A stretch of DNA of 64,000 nt from Haliotis cracherodii (Eukaryota), in NCBI RefSeq assembly GCF_022045235.1, contig NW_027266343.1, positions 31,496,001 through 31,560,000 on the forward strand, read 5' to 3'. Every line of letters begins with the position of its first letter. The first letter of the stretch is position 1. The notes below the pieces were generated by a model that was not told the origin of the DNA, made no database searches, and saw only the letters and a list, made by a program, of their open reading frames with translations. Made by a program: the position numbers and the translations under genes. Shown here in pieces: positions 37,273 to 49,723 of this stretch.

Positions 37273-40200
37273 AACGAATTCACACCAAATCACGAGTCAC
37301 TGTATATGTATCAGATAAGGTTTACCTTTTCGGGATTTGCTCGGACCGAGGACGTAGATGGGACAGGGAGACACGACCTCATGGCGGGTTCGCCCCAATT
37401 ATGTTTCTAGGTTTGTCAGCACCATACCCGTGCTCGTGGGTTTCACCGAAGTGCTAAACGTCTTAGTCCTGCATCACTTCGGGCTTTCCTCACACATTAA
37501 GCTGACACGCCGTGATATAACTGGAATACTGTTAAAAGCGGCGTTAAACCCAACTCACTCACTCATTCACTCACTAGGAACTGACAATCATAACATTGAT
37601 GTGCTGGATATATGTAGTCATTAATACACGACCGTATTTGAATGAAGTGGCGCGATTAAGCTTGGCTCCATCTATTCGTTTACACATTGTCGCAGCGCAC
37701 ACTAAGGGGTAACCAGTGTTCGAAGGAATATGCTCGTCCAAAATTATCATTACAAAAAGAGTTATTGCCCTTTGGGAAAAATCTGTGTTGGTGTATTTAG
37801 GTGCTTTCTCAGATACTTTCCGATAGACCACGCCATCTATATCCATGGATGTGGCATTCTTTTCCCCAGCTGTGAAGCCAGTTGTTTATCTTGCTTGCCG
37901 GAGACGGAACAACCTTCCCTATACTCACTGCTTTCAGACGCAGATGCCAACTTGCTGAAGATTGTTCCGCCTTCTCTGGGATGACATTCATTTGTGCTGA
38001 CACAATCTTTCCAACTGAAGAAGTGGAAGACAAGGGACAGAAGTGGAAATAGTGCTGCTGACGTGGAAGTAGACCCCCTACTGCAGATGTGGAAGACAAG
38101 TGACAGAAGTGGAAATAGTGCTGCAGATGTGGAAGTAGACCCCCTACTTCAGATGTGGAAGACAAGCGACAGAAGTGGAAATAGTGCTGCAGATGTGGAA
38201 GTAGACCCCCTACCGCAGATGTGGAAGACAAGTGACAGAAGTGGAAATAGTGCTGCAGATGTGGAAGTAGACCCCCTGCTGCAGATGTGGAAGACAAGTG
38301 ACAGAAGTGGAAATAGTGCTGCAGATGTGGAAGTAGAACCTGAACTGAAGAAGTGGAAGACATATGACAGAAGTGGAAATAGTGCTGCAGATGTGGAAGT
38401 AGACCCCCTACTTCAGATGTGGAAGACAAGTGACAGAAGTGGAAATAGTGCTGCAGATGTGGAAGTAGAAGAATGTAACGAATTCACACCAAATCACGAG
38501 TCACTGTATATGTATCAAATAAGGTTTACCTTTTCGGGATTTGCTCGGACCGAGGACGTAGATGGGACAGGGAGACACGACCTCATGGCGGGTTCGCCCC
38601 AATTATGTTTCTAGGTTTGTCAGCACCATACCCGTGCTCGTGGGTTTCACCGAAGTGCTAAACGTCTTAGTCCTGCATCACTTCGGGCTTTCCTCACACA
38701 TTAAGCTGACACGCCGTGATATAACTGGAATACTGTTAAAAGCGGCGTTAAACCCAACTCACTCACTCATTCACTCACTAGGAACTGACAATCATAACAT
38801 TGATGTGCTGGATATATGTAGTCATTAATAAACGACCGTATTTGAATGAAGTGGCGCGATTAAGCTTGGCTCCATCTATTCCATTGTCGCAGCGCACACT
38901 AGGGGGTAACCAGTGTTCGAAGGAATATGCTCGTCCAAAATTATCATTACAAAAAGAGTTATTGCCCTTTGGGAAAAATCTGTGTTGGTGTATTTAGGTG
39001 CTTTCTCAGATACTTTCCGATAGACCACGCCATCTATATCCATGGATGTGGCATTCTTTTCCCCAGCTGTGAAGCCAGTTGTTTATCTTGCTTGCCGGAG
39101 ACGGAACAACCTTCCCTATACTCACTGCTTTCAGACGCAGATGCCAACTTGCTGAAGATTGTTCCGCCTTCTCTGGGATGATATTCATTTGTGCTGACAC
39201 AATCTTTCCAACTGAAGAAGTGGAAGACAAGGGACAGAAGTGGAAATAGTGCTGCTGACGTGGAAGTAGACCCCCTACTGCAGATGTGGAAGACAAGTGA
39301 CAGAAGTGGAAATAGTGCTGCAGATATGGAAGTAGACCCCCTACTTCAGATGTGGAAGACAAGTGACAGAAGTGGAAATAGTGCTGCAGATATGGAAGTA
39401 GACCCCCTACTGCAGATGTGGAAGACAAGTGACAGAAGTGGAAATAGTGCTGCAGATATGGAAGTAGACCCCCTACTTCAGATGTGGAAGACAAGCGACA
39501 GAAGTGGAAAAAGTGCTGCAGATGTGGAAGTAGACCCCCTACTGCAGATGTGGAAGACAAGCGACAGAAGTGGAAAAAGTGCTGCAGATGTGGAAGTAGA
39601 CCCCGAACAGAAGAAGTGGAAGATAAGTTACGGAAGTGGAAATAGTGCTGCAGATGTGGAAGTAGACCCCGAACTGAAGAAGTGGAAGACAAGGGACAGA
39701 AGTGGAAATAGTGCTGCAGATGTGGAAGTAGAACCTGAACTGAAGAAGAGGAAGACAAGCGACAGAAGTGGAAATAGTGCTGCAGATGTGGAAGTAGACC
39801 CCCTACTGCAGATGTGGAAGACAAGTGACAGAAGTGGAAATAGTGCTGCAGGTGTGGAAGTAGACCCCCTACTGCAGATGTGGATGGCAAGTGACAGAAG
39901 TGGAAATAGTGCTGCAGGTGTGGAAGTAGGCCCCCTACTGCAGATGTGGAAGACAAGCGACAGAAGTGGAAATAGTGCTGCTGACGTGGAAGTAGACCCC
40001 CTACTGCAGATGTGGAAGACAAGGGACAGAAGTGGAAATAGTGCTGCAGATGTGGAAGTAGAACCTGAACTGAAGAAGAGGAAGACAAGCGACAGAAGTG
40101 GAAATAGTGCTGCAGATGTGGAAGTAGACCCCCTACTGCAGATGTGGAAGACAAGGGACAGAAGTGGAAATAGTGCTGCTGACGTGGAAGTAGACCCCCT

Positions 40201-40780
40201 ACTGCAGATGTGGAAGACAAGTGACAGAAGTGGAAATAGTGCTGCAGATATGGAAGTAGACCCCCTACTTCAGATGTGGAAGACAAGTGACAGAAGTGGA
40301 AATAGTGCTGCAGGTGTGGAAGTAGACCCCCTACTGCAGATGTGGATGACAAGTGACAGAAATGGAATTAGTGCTGCAGATGTGGAAGTAGACCCCGAAC
40401 TGAAGAAGTGGAAGACAAGGGACAGAAGTGGAAATAGTGCTGCAGATGTGGAAGTAGACCCTGAACTGAAGAAGTGGACGACAAGTGACGGAAGTGGAAA
40501 TAGTGCTGCAGGTGTGTAAGTAGACCCCCTACTGCAGATGTGGAAGACAAGCGACAGAAGTGGAAATAGTGCTGCAGGTGTGTAAGTAGACCCCCTACTG
40601 CAGATGTGGAAGACAATTGACAGAAGTGGAAATAGTGCTGCAGATGTTTAAGTAAACCTCGAACAGAAGAAGTGGAAGACAAGCGACAGAAGTGGACATA
40701 GTGCTGCTGATGTGGAAGTAGACCCCCAACTGAAAAAGTGGAAGACAAGTGACAGAAGTGGAAATAGTGCTGCTGAAGTG
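37273..40780. repeat. Tandem segmental duplication (offset 1204 bp); each unit ends in a 66-bp minisatellite array
   Basis: aacgaattcacaccaaatcacgag at 37273 and 38477. Each unit has a V-SINE 3' half, unique sequence and an array (~38013-38468, ~7 units; ~39210-40780, ~24 units). Confidence 0.93.
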
Positions 40781-41883
40781 GAAGGAAAGCTTCTTCCCGA
40801 TGAAAGAAGTGGAAGAAAAACTACTTACTATAGAAACGTTTCACTTATTACTGGGACAGTCGATGTGGTTAACAGTCATTGGATTAGGCAGTGGGCTTAT
40901 GCACGTATATGTTTGCATATCTGCCTGCATATAGGTCCGAATAACAGATTTGCACCGATTATGTCAGTCTTATACCTGTGCTCTGGTTTGCCCGAAGTCG
41001 AAGTCTACACCATGCGTCCAATCGTCTTTCCTTCGTCAACGAGCTGACACACGGTGGTAAAAACGGATTCTGTTTGACAAGACGAGATGGCAGCCAATAC
41101 GAACAAAATGCAACTTTAATTCAGTCAAATCCAGGAGAAAGTAAAGCAACTTTGTTACACCCGATTATTACACATTTATTACTACTGCTCGGGTATAAGA
41201 ATAAATATAGCCGAGGATGACTCCTTCCGTTTCTACCGGAAGCCCGTTTAACCGGCCCCACTTGTCTGGATTAAACAGGCCCAAGTCATTATGTCCGAAC
41301 AAGCTGACCTGGTAGTAAAAGAAAGCTCATGCTAAAGTGTTGAGTGGTATTTAGGGTAGTGAGATAGCTTAAAGCTAGAGTCGGTAATGCTGCCACAAAT
41401 TGAGCTTAATGAACCTGACATTACTTGGTTTGGGGCAGTTGGGCTGCAATCACAATTAGACCATATATCTTCGAATTAGTGAAGCGTTTTTGCGTTTAGA
41501 ACTAGAAGTAACATTTAGACCCCACAATTAAACGAAGGTCGTTTAGGTTTGACGTCATGCGTTTATAGATGGAGTCCCACGTGGTAACACAAAAATAAAA
41601 AAAATGAAGAGAATGAGTGAATGTCGTTTACGCCACAGTCGGTAATATTCCAGCTATATCACGGCAGCCTGCAAATAGTCGAGTCTGGACCAGAACTAAA
41701 GACTGAAAGTACGGACAGCGATCTATGTAATCAGTGCATGATGACACGTAATCAACCAAACAAGATCTATTTTAGCATACTGATATTTTATACCAATTCT
41801 AGGGAGGAAATGGCTGGAATCCTCGGTGAGTTTGTTTTAACGCCACTATTAATGAGTAAATAGGACCACGCTTCTCTTAAAAT

Positions 41884-42220
41884 GTGAGGTGAGGTGAAGT
41901 GGTGTTTAACGTCGCGTCCAAGATTATTGCACTTATATAGCGACGTGCATGTACGTGTGTGTGTTTGTGTGGCTGCTTGCACTAGTCCGGACTGATGCCG
42001 ATTTATAGTGCTAGCTCACTAAGATACCATGCCGCAGTTTAACATGAATACCCCACTCAGACACAGTGTACTGACTCCGAGCCGACCAGTCCTTGTTTTA
42101 GCCTCTTAATGCCGAGCGCCAGACATGGTAACAACACGTACCATCTTTTAACGTATTTTGGTATGACGCAGCCGGGGATCGAACCCCGGACCTTCCGCTC
42201 TCCGGGCGGACGCTCTACCA
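41884..42220 (-). mobile_element. SINE family B
   Basis: Colinear with the consensus; lacks the extreme 5' end. Confidence 0.88.
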
Positions 42221-43202
42221 CTTTCAGATTGCCGTGAGGAAATAGAATGTCGCTGTGTGAGGTGTAAACTAACACTCACGCACTCAGTATCATAATGGCA
42301 CTGTTCATTTTCCTCACAATACCAAATACAAAATTGTTTCCTTTGAGAAACTGACATTATTTTGATATATCCTATAGTATATTGATACTATGATCTATTT
42401 CCAATCTGCACCACAAATCACCTCTCCAGCTACATCAACAACGACATCATGTCACCTGATCTCCCAGACAACGTGTCAGTCTGTCCTTTCCGACAAGTGA
42501 CAGTCACGTCCGTCACATGACTCAAAGCCAACAGTGGGCAGATCGTTGGACCAAATGGCAGTCACGTGCACGGGGCTGCAGTCTAAGGGAGGTAACTGCT
42601 ATCGAAACGTAATATCTACTAATCGTAAAACATATGTATGTAACCGAATACCGTAATTCTCAAACACCAACGCAATTACATGGGCCAAGCCGTCAGCTCT
42701 GAAATGGAAGTTTGTTTTCCCATGCTGTCGATCAAGTCTAAATCCCTGAGGAATGAAAATACGTCTTGTTCGACAGTCCCGACAGCCACAAGCTTGGGTT
42801 ATAGTAAAAGCTGGCTCGTGAATAAATATGGCGCACGGACAAGAAGATCAGTACTGATAGCTCGGACACTAGGACAGGAAGGCCAATTCTTCTGTGAAAC
42901 AAGTCGTAATTGGGGATTAGCGACATCTCGGGAAGCGGATTGTGCGTACATAAACTCTGTGATGTGTACAGATGCGGGGGTCTTAAACTTAAGAACATGT
43001 ATAAATTGTTGGATATGAATTAGGGTTATTGTAGTCCTTCACTCACAGAGTGAACGTATGGCGGTCTCACCAAGGTGCCTTGCCCGGAACTAATTTTATG
43101 CACACTAGAAGAGCACTTGGGGTGTTATTGATCTTTGTGGCCAGATCGGGATGCATTAATATCATATTACTGGATTGTCTGGTCCAGACTCGATTATTTG
43201 CA

Positions 43203-43519
43203 GACCGCCACCGTGGTCTAGTGGTAGAGCGTCCGCCCGGAGAGCGGAAGGTCCGGGGTTGCATCTCCAGCCGCGTCATACCAAAAGACGTTGAAAGATG
43301 GTACTTGTTGTTACCATGTCTGGCGCTCGGCATTGAGGGGCTGAAACAAGGACTGGTCGGCTCGGAGTCAGTGTACTGTGTCTGAAAGGGATCTTCATGT
43401 TAAACTACGCCATTGGGTGTACTATAAAATCGGCATCAGTCCGGACTGGTACAAGCAGCCACACACACACATACACACACACGTGCATGCAGGTCGCTAT
43501 ATAAGAGCAATAATCTTGC
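43203..43519 (+). mobile_element. SINE family B, joined to an upstream family C fragment
   Basis: Family C body (43130-43209) runs into the B head at the shared gaccgcc. Confidence 0.85.
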
Positions 43520-44199
43520 TGGCCACCGTCACACGTTGAGCAACAAACAAACCTACAATTTTAAGCTACAGCAGTGCAAGAAAATCCGGGCACGGGTGGT
43601 CCTGAAGTCACAGGCACTGCAGAGTTGCGTCCCTTTTTGGTGCTAGAAATCTAATCTATAATCTTTGGTTTGAATCCCGGTTAGCCGTGATAATATTTCG
43701 TCCTCGTGGGTTTGACCAAAATCACAAAGGTCTAAGACTTACATCCCGTCGGGCTTTCTTTCCACATCAAGCTGACAGGTCTAACATAATGTTAAAGACG
43801 GCGCTTCAATCCAAACTCAATGTAGCTCGTGGACTAGTAACGATTGGAAGTATCGCAGCGCTGAGTTTATCAGGGAGCTAAATGAAATTTGCGAATGTAC
43901 AAAAGTTACATATTATGTGTTAAACGAAACATTACTTTATTAGAAAGAAAGAAAGAAAATATATTCAAGAAATGATATAATTCCAAAATGAACTCTTCCC
44001 TGCGTTCCATCATATTCCACATTTTACTGATCGTAGCGCAGCCGATGACCCTTTAAGGAAAGTTCTTCTGCGAAAAAGTACAACTGCAATTAAGAATGAT
44101 TTTATTTCGATCTTGAAATACATTTCAAACACAACAATTCAATTCAAGTCACCGCGTCTGATCACTCCATTCTGTTTAGACGTCTCTGACGACAAGCAT

Positions 44200-44410
44200 C
44201 AGATACTACGAACCTATTCCTCCCAAACAAAGGAAAAATGTACATTTTGTAACAATACCATTGGATATGAATTTCACTCTTTACTACGATGTCCTAGTTT
44301 AAACAATATCCTTTCCTGTACATATTCAACAGAGGAAAGGTTGTTTTCTTTTTTGTCATGTAAACTGATGGGCATAAGAAAGTATACTGAGTTTGTCTTC
44401 ATGTAAATTA
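44200..44410 (+). pseudogene. LINE ORF2 C-terminal relic
   Basis: KCTFCNNTIGYEFHSLLRCPSL resembles the CxxC...GDEFH...C zinc knuckle at LINE ORF2 ends. Confidence 0.55.
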
Positions 44411-44462
44411 AAATGAAAATAATTGTTGTTAAATTTGATTATGTCTATTTACTCCCCCCCCC

Positions 44463-44509
<47 letters not shown>

Positions 44510-45643
44510 ACACCCCGCCTTCCTGAAACAGTTTCTAAAAAGTAATCAGTGGCTGGGTAATTTTGCGTAAATTAAATTTTTTTAAATGAAGACCACATGA
44601 CTCTATCACATTTAAAATGTTGTAAACTGGTGCCAAAAGAAGCAAATCTATCTAACCAGTTGTACATTGTGTGAGTTTTTGTTAATTTATTAAAGTTTCA
44701 AATCACATTATATTTTAAAAACTATAACAATGTGGAAGTGTTCTTTGAGAGCTGACTTCGCGCCGCTGCTGTTCATTGGTTGGATAAAACGTTGCTGACT
44801 AAGTATATTTTCAGTTGAAAATCAAACATGCGATAAAATCAACTGAGAGGTATGGTTTCATTTGTTCATCAGTTTAGTATAAGTAAAATGTAAATGTATG
44901 TAAAACTTGGCTTATGAATGCTCCACTATCGAAAGTCAATATTTCTGTAATTATAATACGTCTGATGTGTACCATTTCTATACGTCACTAACCCGATTCA
45001 TGGAATAAACATTCAACGTTATCTTCGTCTTCTCTGGAATCCCCATCGGGTATAATTCAATGTCGTATGTTTGATCTGCAAACATTGATTGCCCTCAGTG
45101 TAAGATGACCACTGGCCGATGTTGGTCCAGCTAAAGACATGCCACTAAACTAATCCAATCACCCCTATAGCCGATGTCCGGCACTCCATTTCTTGTCCGT
45201 CCATCCACAGATAAGAAGGTCGTCTCACTGCGATGGTCATCGGGGGAGCAGGAACTGAGTGAATCAGTAGCCGTGTATTCAATACAGTATTGATACACAA
45301 CCGGTCGTATTTACCGACATTGCCATTTCATTTCCCTTTATTTCCGGATTAATATGTCAGCAAATAAAATATCACAGAGTTAATGAGAACATTGCTATTG
45401 ATAAACACTTGACGCGGACGAGAGAAACTTACCTAATCATACATGACTGGTCCGTGTTGGAGTATCGCTACATATGCCCGAGACGGGTCCCAAGTGGTGT
45501 TGCTGAATTAAAAGCGTGGAACACGCGGTGATTGTGTTAACGCTCTCGCGGCACCCTGGGGATGGATTCATGCAGACAGACATACATTTCGTCCTTGATT
45601 CAGAGTGGTTTCAGTTTGATGCAAGGCTTATTACCACAGATGG

Positions 45644-45902
45644 TTGGTTGGTTGGTTTGTTGTTTAACGCCGCACTCAGCAATATTCCACCTGTATGACT
45701 GCGGTCTGTAAATAATCGAGACTGGACCAGACAATCCAGTGATTATTATCATGAGCATCGATCCCTGCATGCATCAACCAAGTCAGCGAGTCTGACCACC
45801 CGATCCCGATCCCGTTAGTCGCCTTTTACGACAAGCATAGTCGCCTTTTACGGCAAGCATGGGTTGCTGAAGACCTACTCTACCCCAGAATCGTCAAGGG
45901 TC
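45644..45902 (-). mobile_element. Family C short retroposon, full length
   Basis: 12-bp TSD taccacagatgg; 5' end at GACCC. Confidence 0.9.
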
Positions 45903-45933
45903 TACCACAGATGGGACAGGGACTTGAAAAGTA

Positions 45934-46088
45934 AGTGAGTGAGTATGGTTTTACGCCGCTTTAAGCAATATTCCAGCAATATCACGGCGGGGAACACCAG
46001 AAATACGCTTCATACATTGTACCCATGTCGGGAATCGAACCCGGGACGACGACCGAACGCTTTTACCACTAGGCTACCCGATCGCCCC
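45934..46088 (-). mobile_element. SINE family A
   Basis: gaaaagtaag on both flanks. Confidence 0.88.
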
Positions 46089-46570
46089 TGAGAAAAGTAA
46101 GAATAATGTATTGATATATTGTTTGACAATGGGTATAAGGGAGAAACTTTGTGGTAATTGATTACTAGTTCAATGTTAATTTTATCACTAAGTTTAAATT
46201 ACCAAATTTCCAAACAAGCAGGGTGTCAATGTTAATTTAACGTTTTTATTTTTGCTTTTACTGTTATCAATACATGGGTTTCCTTGTAAAGATGACAGAC
46301 ACCGTTAGATGTACATACATTTATATCATAAGACTGCATAGAGGTTGTAAATGAAATGAAACACCCCACTGACGAGGTAGTGCCTCACACATTTACTGCT
46401 GCCTCTGGCCCGAAGGAACGAGATGGTATCACAATGGTAATTTCGCTCACCACCTCCACACGCACGCACGCACGCACGCACAGACACACACACTCTCACA
46501 CAACCACACACACTCTCAGATTCTAAAATAGTGCCATTAATGACATAGAACATGCCTTGGTTGACTGGGA

Positions 46571-46608
46571 GGGGCACGGATGGCCCAGTCGTCTAACGGC
46601 GCCGCAAT
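46571..46608 (+). mobile_element. SINE family D 5' piece, split by the transposon
   Basis: ggggcacggatggcccagtcgtctaacggcgccgcaAT resumes at 55479 as ATtcgctgcacag. Confidence 0.9.
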
Positions 46609-46745
46609 GGGGAGTACCGCCGTACTAATCCGCCAGGGGCGTGCGTGTACTAGTGGTCATACTCTGTGACGGTTCCGCCATTAGAATGCGCTGCGAATCA
46701 TTTAGCGCGAATTTCAAGTAGAGCCGTAGCCAAGTTTATGTGAAC

Positions 46746-46846
46746 ATGGCCAGCCAGTACCTGCTATGGTCCGTGCCAAAACTTAAATGTGCGCTCTTTC
46801 AACGAAAAGCTTCGACAGCTGGAAGGAAACTTGAACTGATCGAGAG
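46746..46846 (+). CDS. SAP-SWIM-YqaJ nuclease exon 1 (SAP-like domain)
   Basis: MASQYLLWSVPKLKCALFQRKASTAGRKLELIE(R) fits the SAP pattern V.xLK..L..R...T.G.K.ELIERL; gag|gtatgt donor. Confidence 0.8.
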
Positions 46847-47863
46847 GTATGTAACCCATTTTTTTAGTTATCAAGTATGCTTACATTCATAATCTGCGAT
46901 ATGCACCGCAATTTCTACAAGGCCCTTTTCTTGCCTGTCAAATAAGTGCCATCTATGTCACTGTCGGGCCTACTGTGACTGACAAAATCAACTATCGATA
47001 TATTTCAGTTGTTGCCTTCCATTAAACCATGACCTACTGTATAGTTACCCATAACCAAAGTACTAACTGTGGCTCCCGGTCTCAGATTATATAAATCCTC
47101 GATAAAAGGCGCAGTCTCCATTGCGTCGTCTGTTAACATTCACCGCACTCCTGAGACGTCACCTGTTTTCGAACACCCGATTGCTTTTGTAGTTTAGCGG
47201 GGCTTTTTATGAATATGATCAGCAGTGTTTTGACACGTGGTTCTCAACAAAATTCGGTACGACTTCCGCCCGTATCCGCCAACATTTTTTTCAAAAATAA
47301 TTAAAAGTACTGAGCGTCAATGCATTGGACATATTACTTTAGGATGGGGGTTTCGGGCGGAGGATTTTCCCATAATGCTTGCAAGTCGGCAGTAAAACAC
47401 AGAAGGTTAATACAACTTTGAAACCTGTTGTATTCACAAAATATAGACGTTTTTCAAATTATAGTGTTATATTTTACTCTTCCTTTTCGTCATGATATGG
47501 GCACCAAAATTCTGAATGACTTATGATAGGTGTACAGTGCAGTGCTCACTGACATTTCTGTGTCCATGAAATGATTATTGAAACTTGGCGACTCTATGTC
47601 ACATTAACAATTACCATATATTTATCCAGGTATTTTATAAAACAGGAAATGTGTAATAATTTGTCTTCTGGCTATATAGGCATGATATTATCAAACACAG
47701 TTTTAATCATACAGGTTTCATTGCTTATTCATGATGCATGTCATTTATGAGATATATTAGTCATAGTGATAATGATATGAATTATTTTCCTATAATATTA
47801 TGCCCTTATGCAAATCTGAAATAGTAGTTGCACAAGTTAAAATGTATTTAATTTTCATTTCAG

Positions 47864-48188
47864 ACTTGAATCTTATGACAGAAATGATGATTTTGTTGGG
47901 CCATCTGTCTCCATCCCACGTCCAGAAGATACATCATGGCCAGTGTCAGGATTTCAACAGCTGATGTCTTCCCATCGTCAACTGCTGCCTCCCATTTCCA
48001 AAGAAACCATTGAGGGTTACTTCATCTACCGTATGGCAGGAGACAACCAAGCTGCACATGATATCAAGGCCATAGAGAAAGGTTATCTGATGTTTGAGGG
48101 GGACAGGGTGCTGGCATGCAGTGTTCACATACGTGCATCTACTGATGTATACTTAAGTGGCATCGTCAGTGCATCTATGAAAAACAAG
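47864..48188 (+). CDS. SAP-SWIM-YqaJ nuclease exon 2
   Basis: tttcag acceptor. Translates LESYDRNDDF...KAIEKGYLMF...VSASMKNK; aag|gtaaaa donor. Confidence 0.85.
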
Positions 48189-48379
48189 GTAAAACATTTA
48201 CACACTATAAAATAAAAATAAAAAATAAAACCTTTTTAAATTATAATGAAATTTGTACTCAAAGATGAAGCTAATCCGAAATACATTCTTGACATAAAAC
48301 TGATTGAAAGTGAATTTATTAATGGGAATTTAAATTGCACGTACATCACATTATATGCATGACTTCTATGCTTGGGTTA

Positions 48380-48560
48380 ATGTGGGTAGCCTAGTGGTCC
48401 AAGTGTTTACTCATCTTGCTGAAGGCCAGGTTCAATTCCCTAAAAGGGTTCAATGTGTGAAGCCTATTTCTGGTGTCTCTAGCCTATTTCTGGTGTCTCT
48501 AGCTGTGAAAGAGCTGGAATATTGCTAAAAGTGGTGCATAACCATACATACTCACTCACT
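48380..48560 (+). mobile_element. SINE family A, CpG-decayed, in nuclease intron 2
   Basis: Consensus CpGs read as TG/CA; internal duplication agcctatttctggtgtctct; tail ends ~9 nt before exon 3. Confidence 0.85.
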
Positions 48561-48569
48561 CTATCCTAG

Positions 48570-48786
48570 GTCACATACAATTACAAGTTGAAGGTAGAGA
48601 AGACCGGGGAGCCAGTCAACTCCCACTGCGAGTGTCCCGCAGGGAAAGGACCACATTCAACCTGTAAGCACATCGCTGCGGTGCTGTTGATGTTGGAGCA
48701 TTTCATCTCAACTGGCAGTGTGCAAATTGGAAAGAGCTGTACCGAAAACTTGCAGTTGTTCCACAAGCCAAAAAAATCGTACAAAG
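48570..48786 (+). CDS. SAP-SWIM-YqaJ nuclease exon 3 (SWIM zinc finger)
   Basis: HCECPAGKGPHSTCKHIAAVL matches the SWIM pattern CxC-xn-CxH; aag|gtaggt donor. Confidence 0.9.
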
Positions 48787-49126
48787 GTAGGTTATATTAC
48801 AGCCTAGGAAATATCATACCCAGGCCTCAACTACAATGTTATAATGAGGAAGAAAATGTATGGATGTCAACTTCTATATTATGAGGTTAAGGGTGTTTCC
48901 TCATTATATAGAAGTTGACATCCATATATTCTCTTCCTTATGTGCATCACTTCTAAATGCATTAGACACGTTATGATGGTTTATGATTTTGTATATAAAA
49001 GAGAAACTGTATATCACTAAATATTATGTGTTGGATATTGGAGTGGAAAAAGTTTTTAAATATTTGTATAAGTGTTGTTTTGAACAGGATTATTATGGCG
49101 ATGTAGTATCAAAATATTGTATTCAG

Positions 49127-49389
49127 GATCACCCGTAACAGCTGCAGAACTGCCGTCAAAAAGAAAATGGTCACAGCATATGCTGGACGATCCGAGGCCA
49201 CGAAAATACAGACACATGAGTGGCTACAATGATCATGTGCGCAACATGATGACAAACTACTGCTCAAAGTCATCTCATAATATCGCCCTAAGATATCTTC
49301 ACCCAAAGGCTGATGTCCAGACAGCTGCTGAGGACCATCACTACCTTAAACAGCCACTTACAGAGTACATGGTTGACATGGCACTGAAG
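49127..49389 (+). CDS. SAP-SWIM-YqaJ nuclease exon 4
   Basis: ttcag acceptor. Translates GSPVTAAELP...DDPRP...DHHYLKQPLTEYMVDMALK; phases match. Confidence 0.85.
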
Positions 49390-49723
49390 GTACACAACAC
49401 TGGAAATTCTGTTGTATAATACATGTAAAAAAAATTTTAAAACCTAAAGTCTTTCAGATTTGATCTTTGTAATACACAGTTAAAATCATAGCTTGTGAGG
49501 AAACAGCAACATCTGAATGTTTGGGGTTGTGAGTAATTTGTAAAATGCAATAAACTAAGTTTGAAAATGCCTAATCATGATCAAGCAGATTAGTTCCCTT
49601 GTAAAAGAAATATAGACTTGTGTATTAGGCATTTTTCAGATTACTGTCATGTAAAACAAACTATGTGAAAACATAATGTTTGGGACATCTCTTTTATGTC
49701 TTGACTTTTGTTTTTCTTTACAG

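Noticed and set aside
39006-40519. 442-aa and 448-aa ORFs
   Set aside because: Produced by a 66-bp stop-free tandem unit; later units contain stops; no domain or splice context.
45433-45502. Minus-strand 70-nt segment with good splice sites (ttttaattcag ... tag|gtaagt)
   Set aside because: All three frames contain a stop and no partner exons were identified. It could be a UTR or lncRNA exon but is unsupported.
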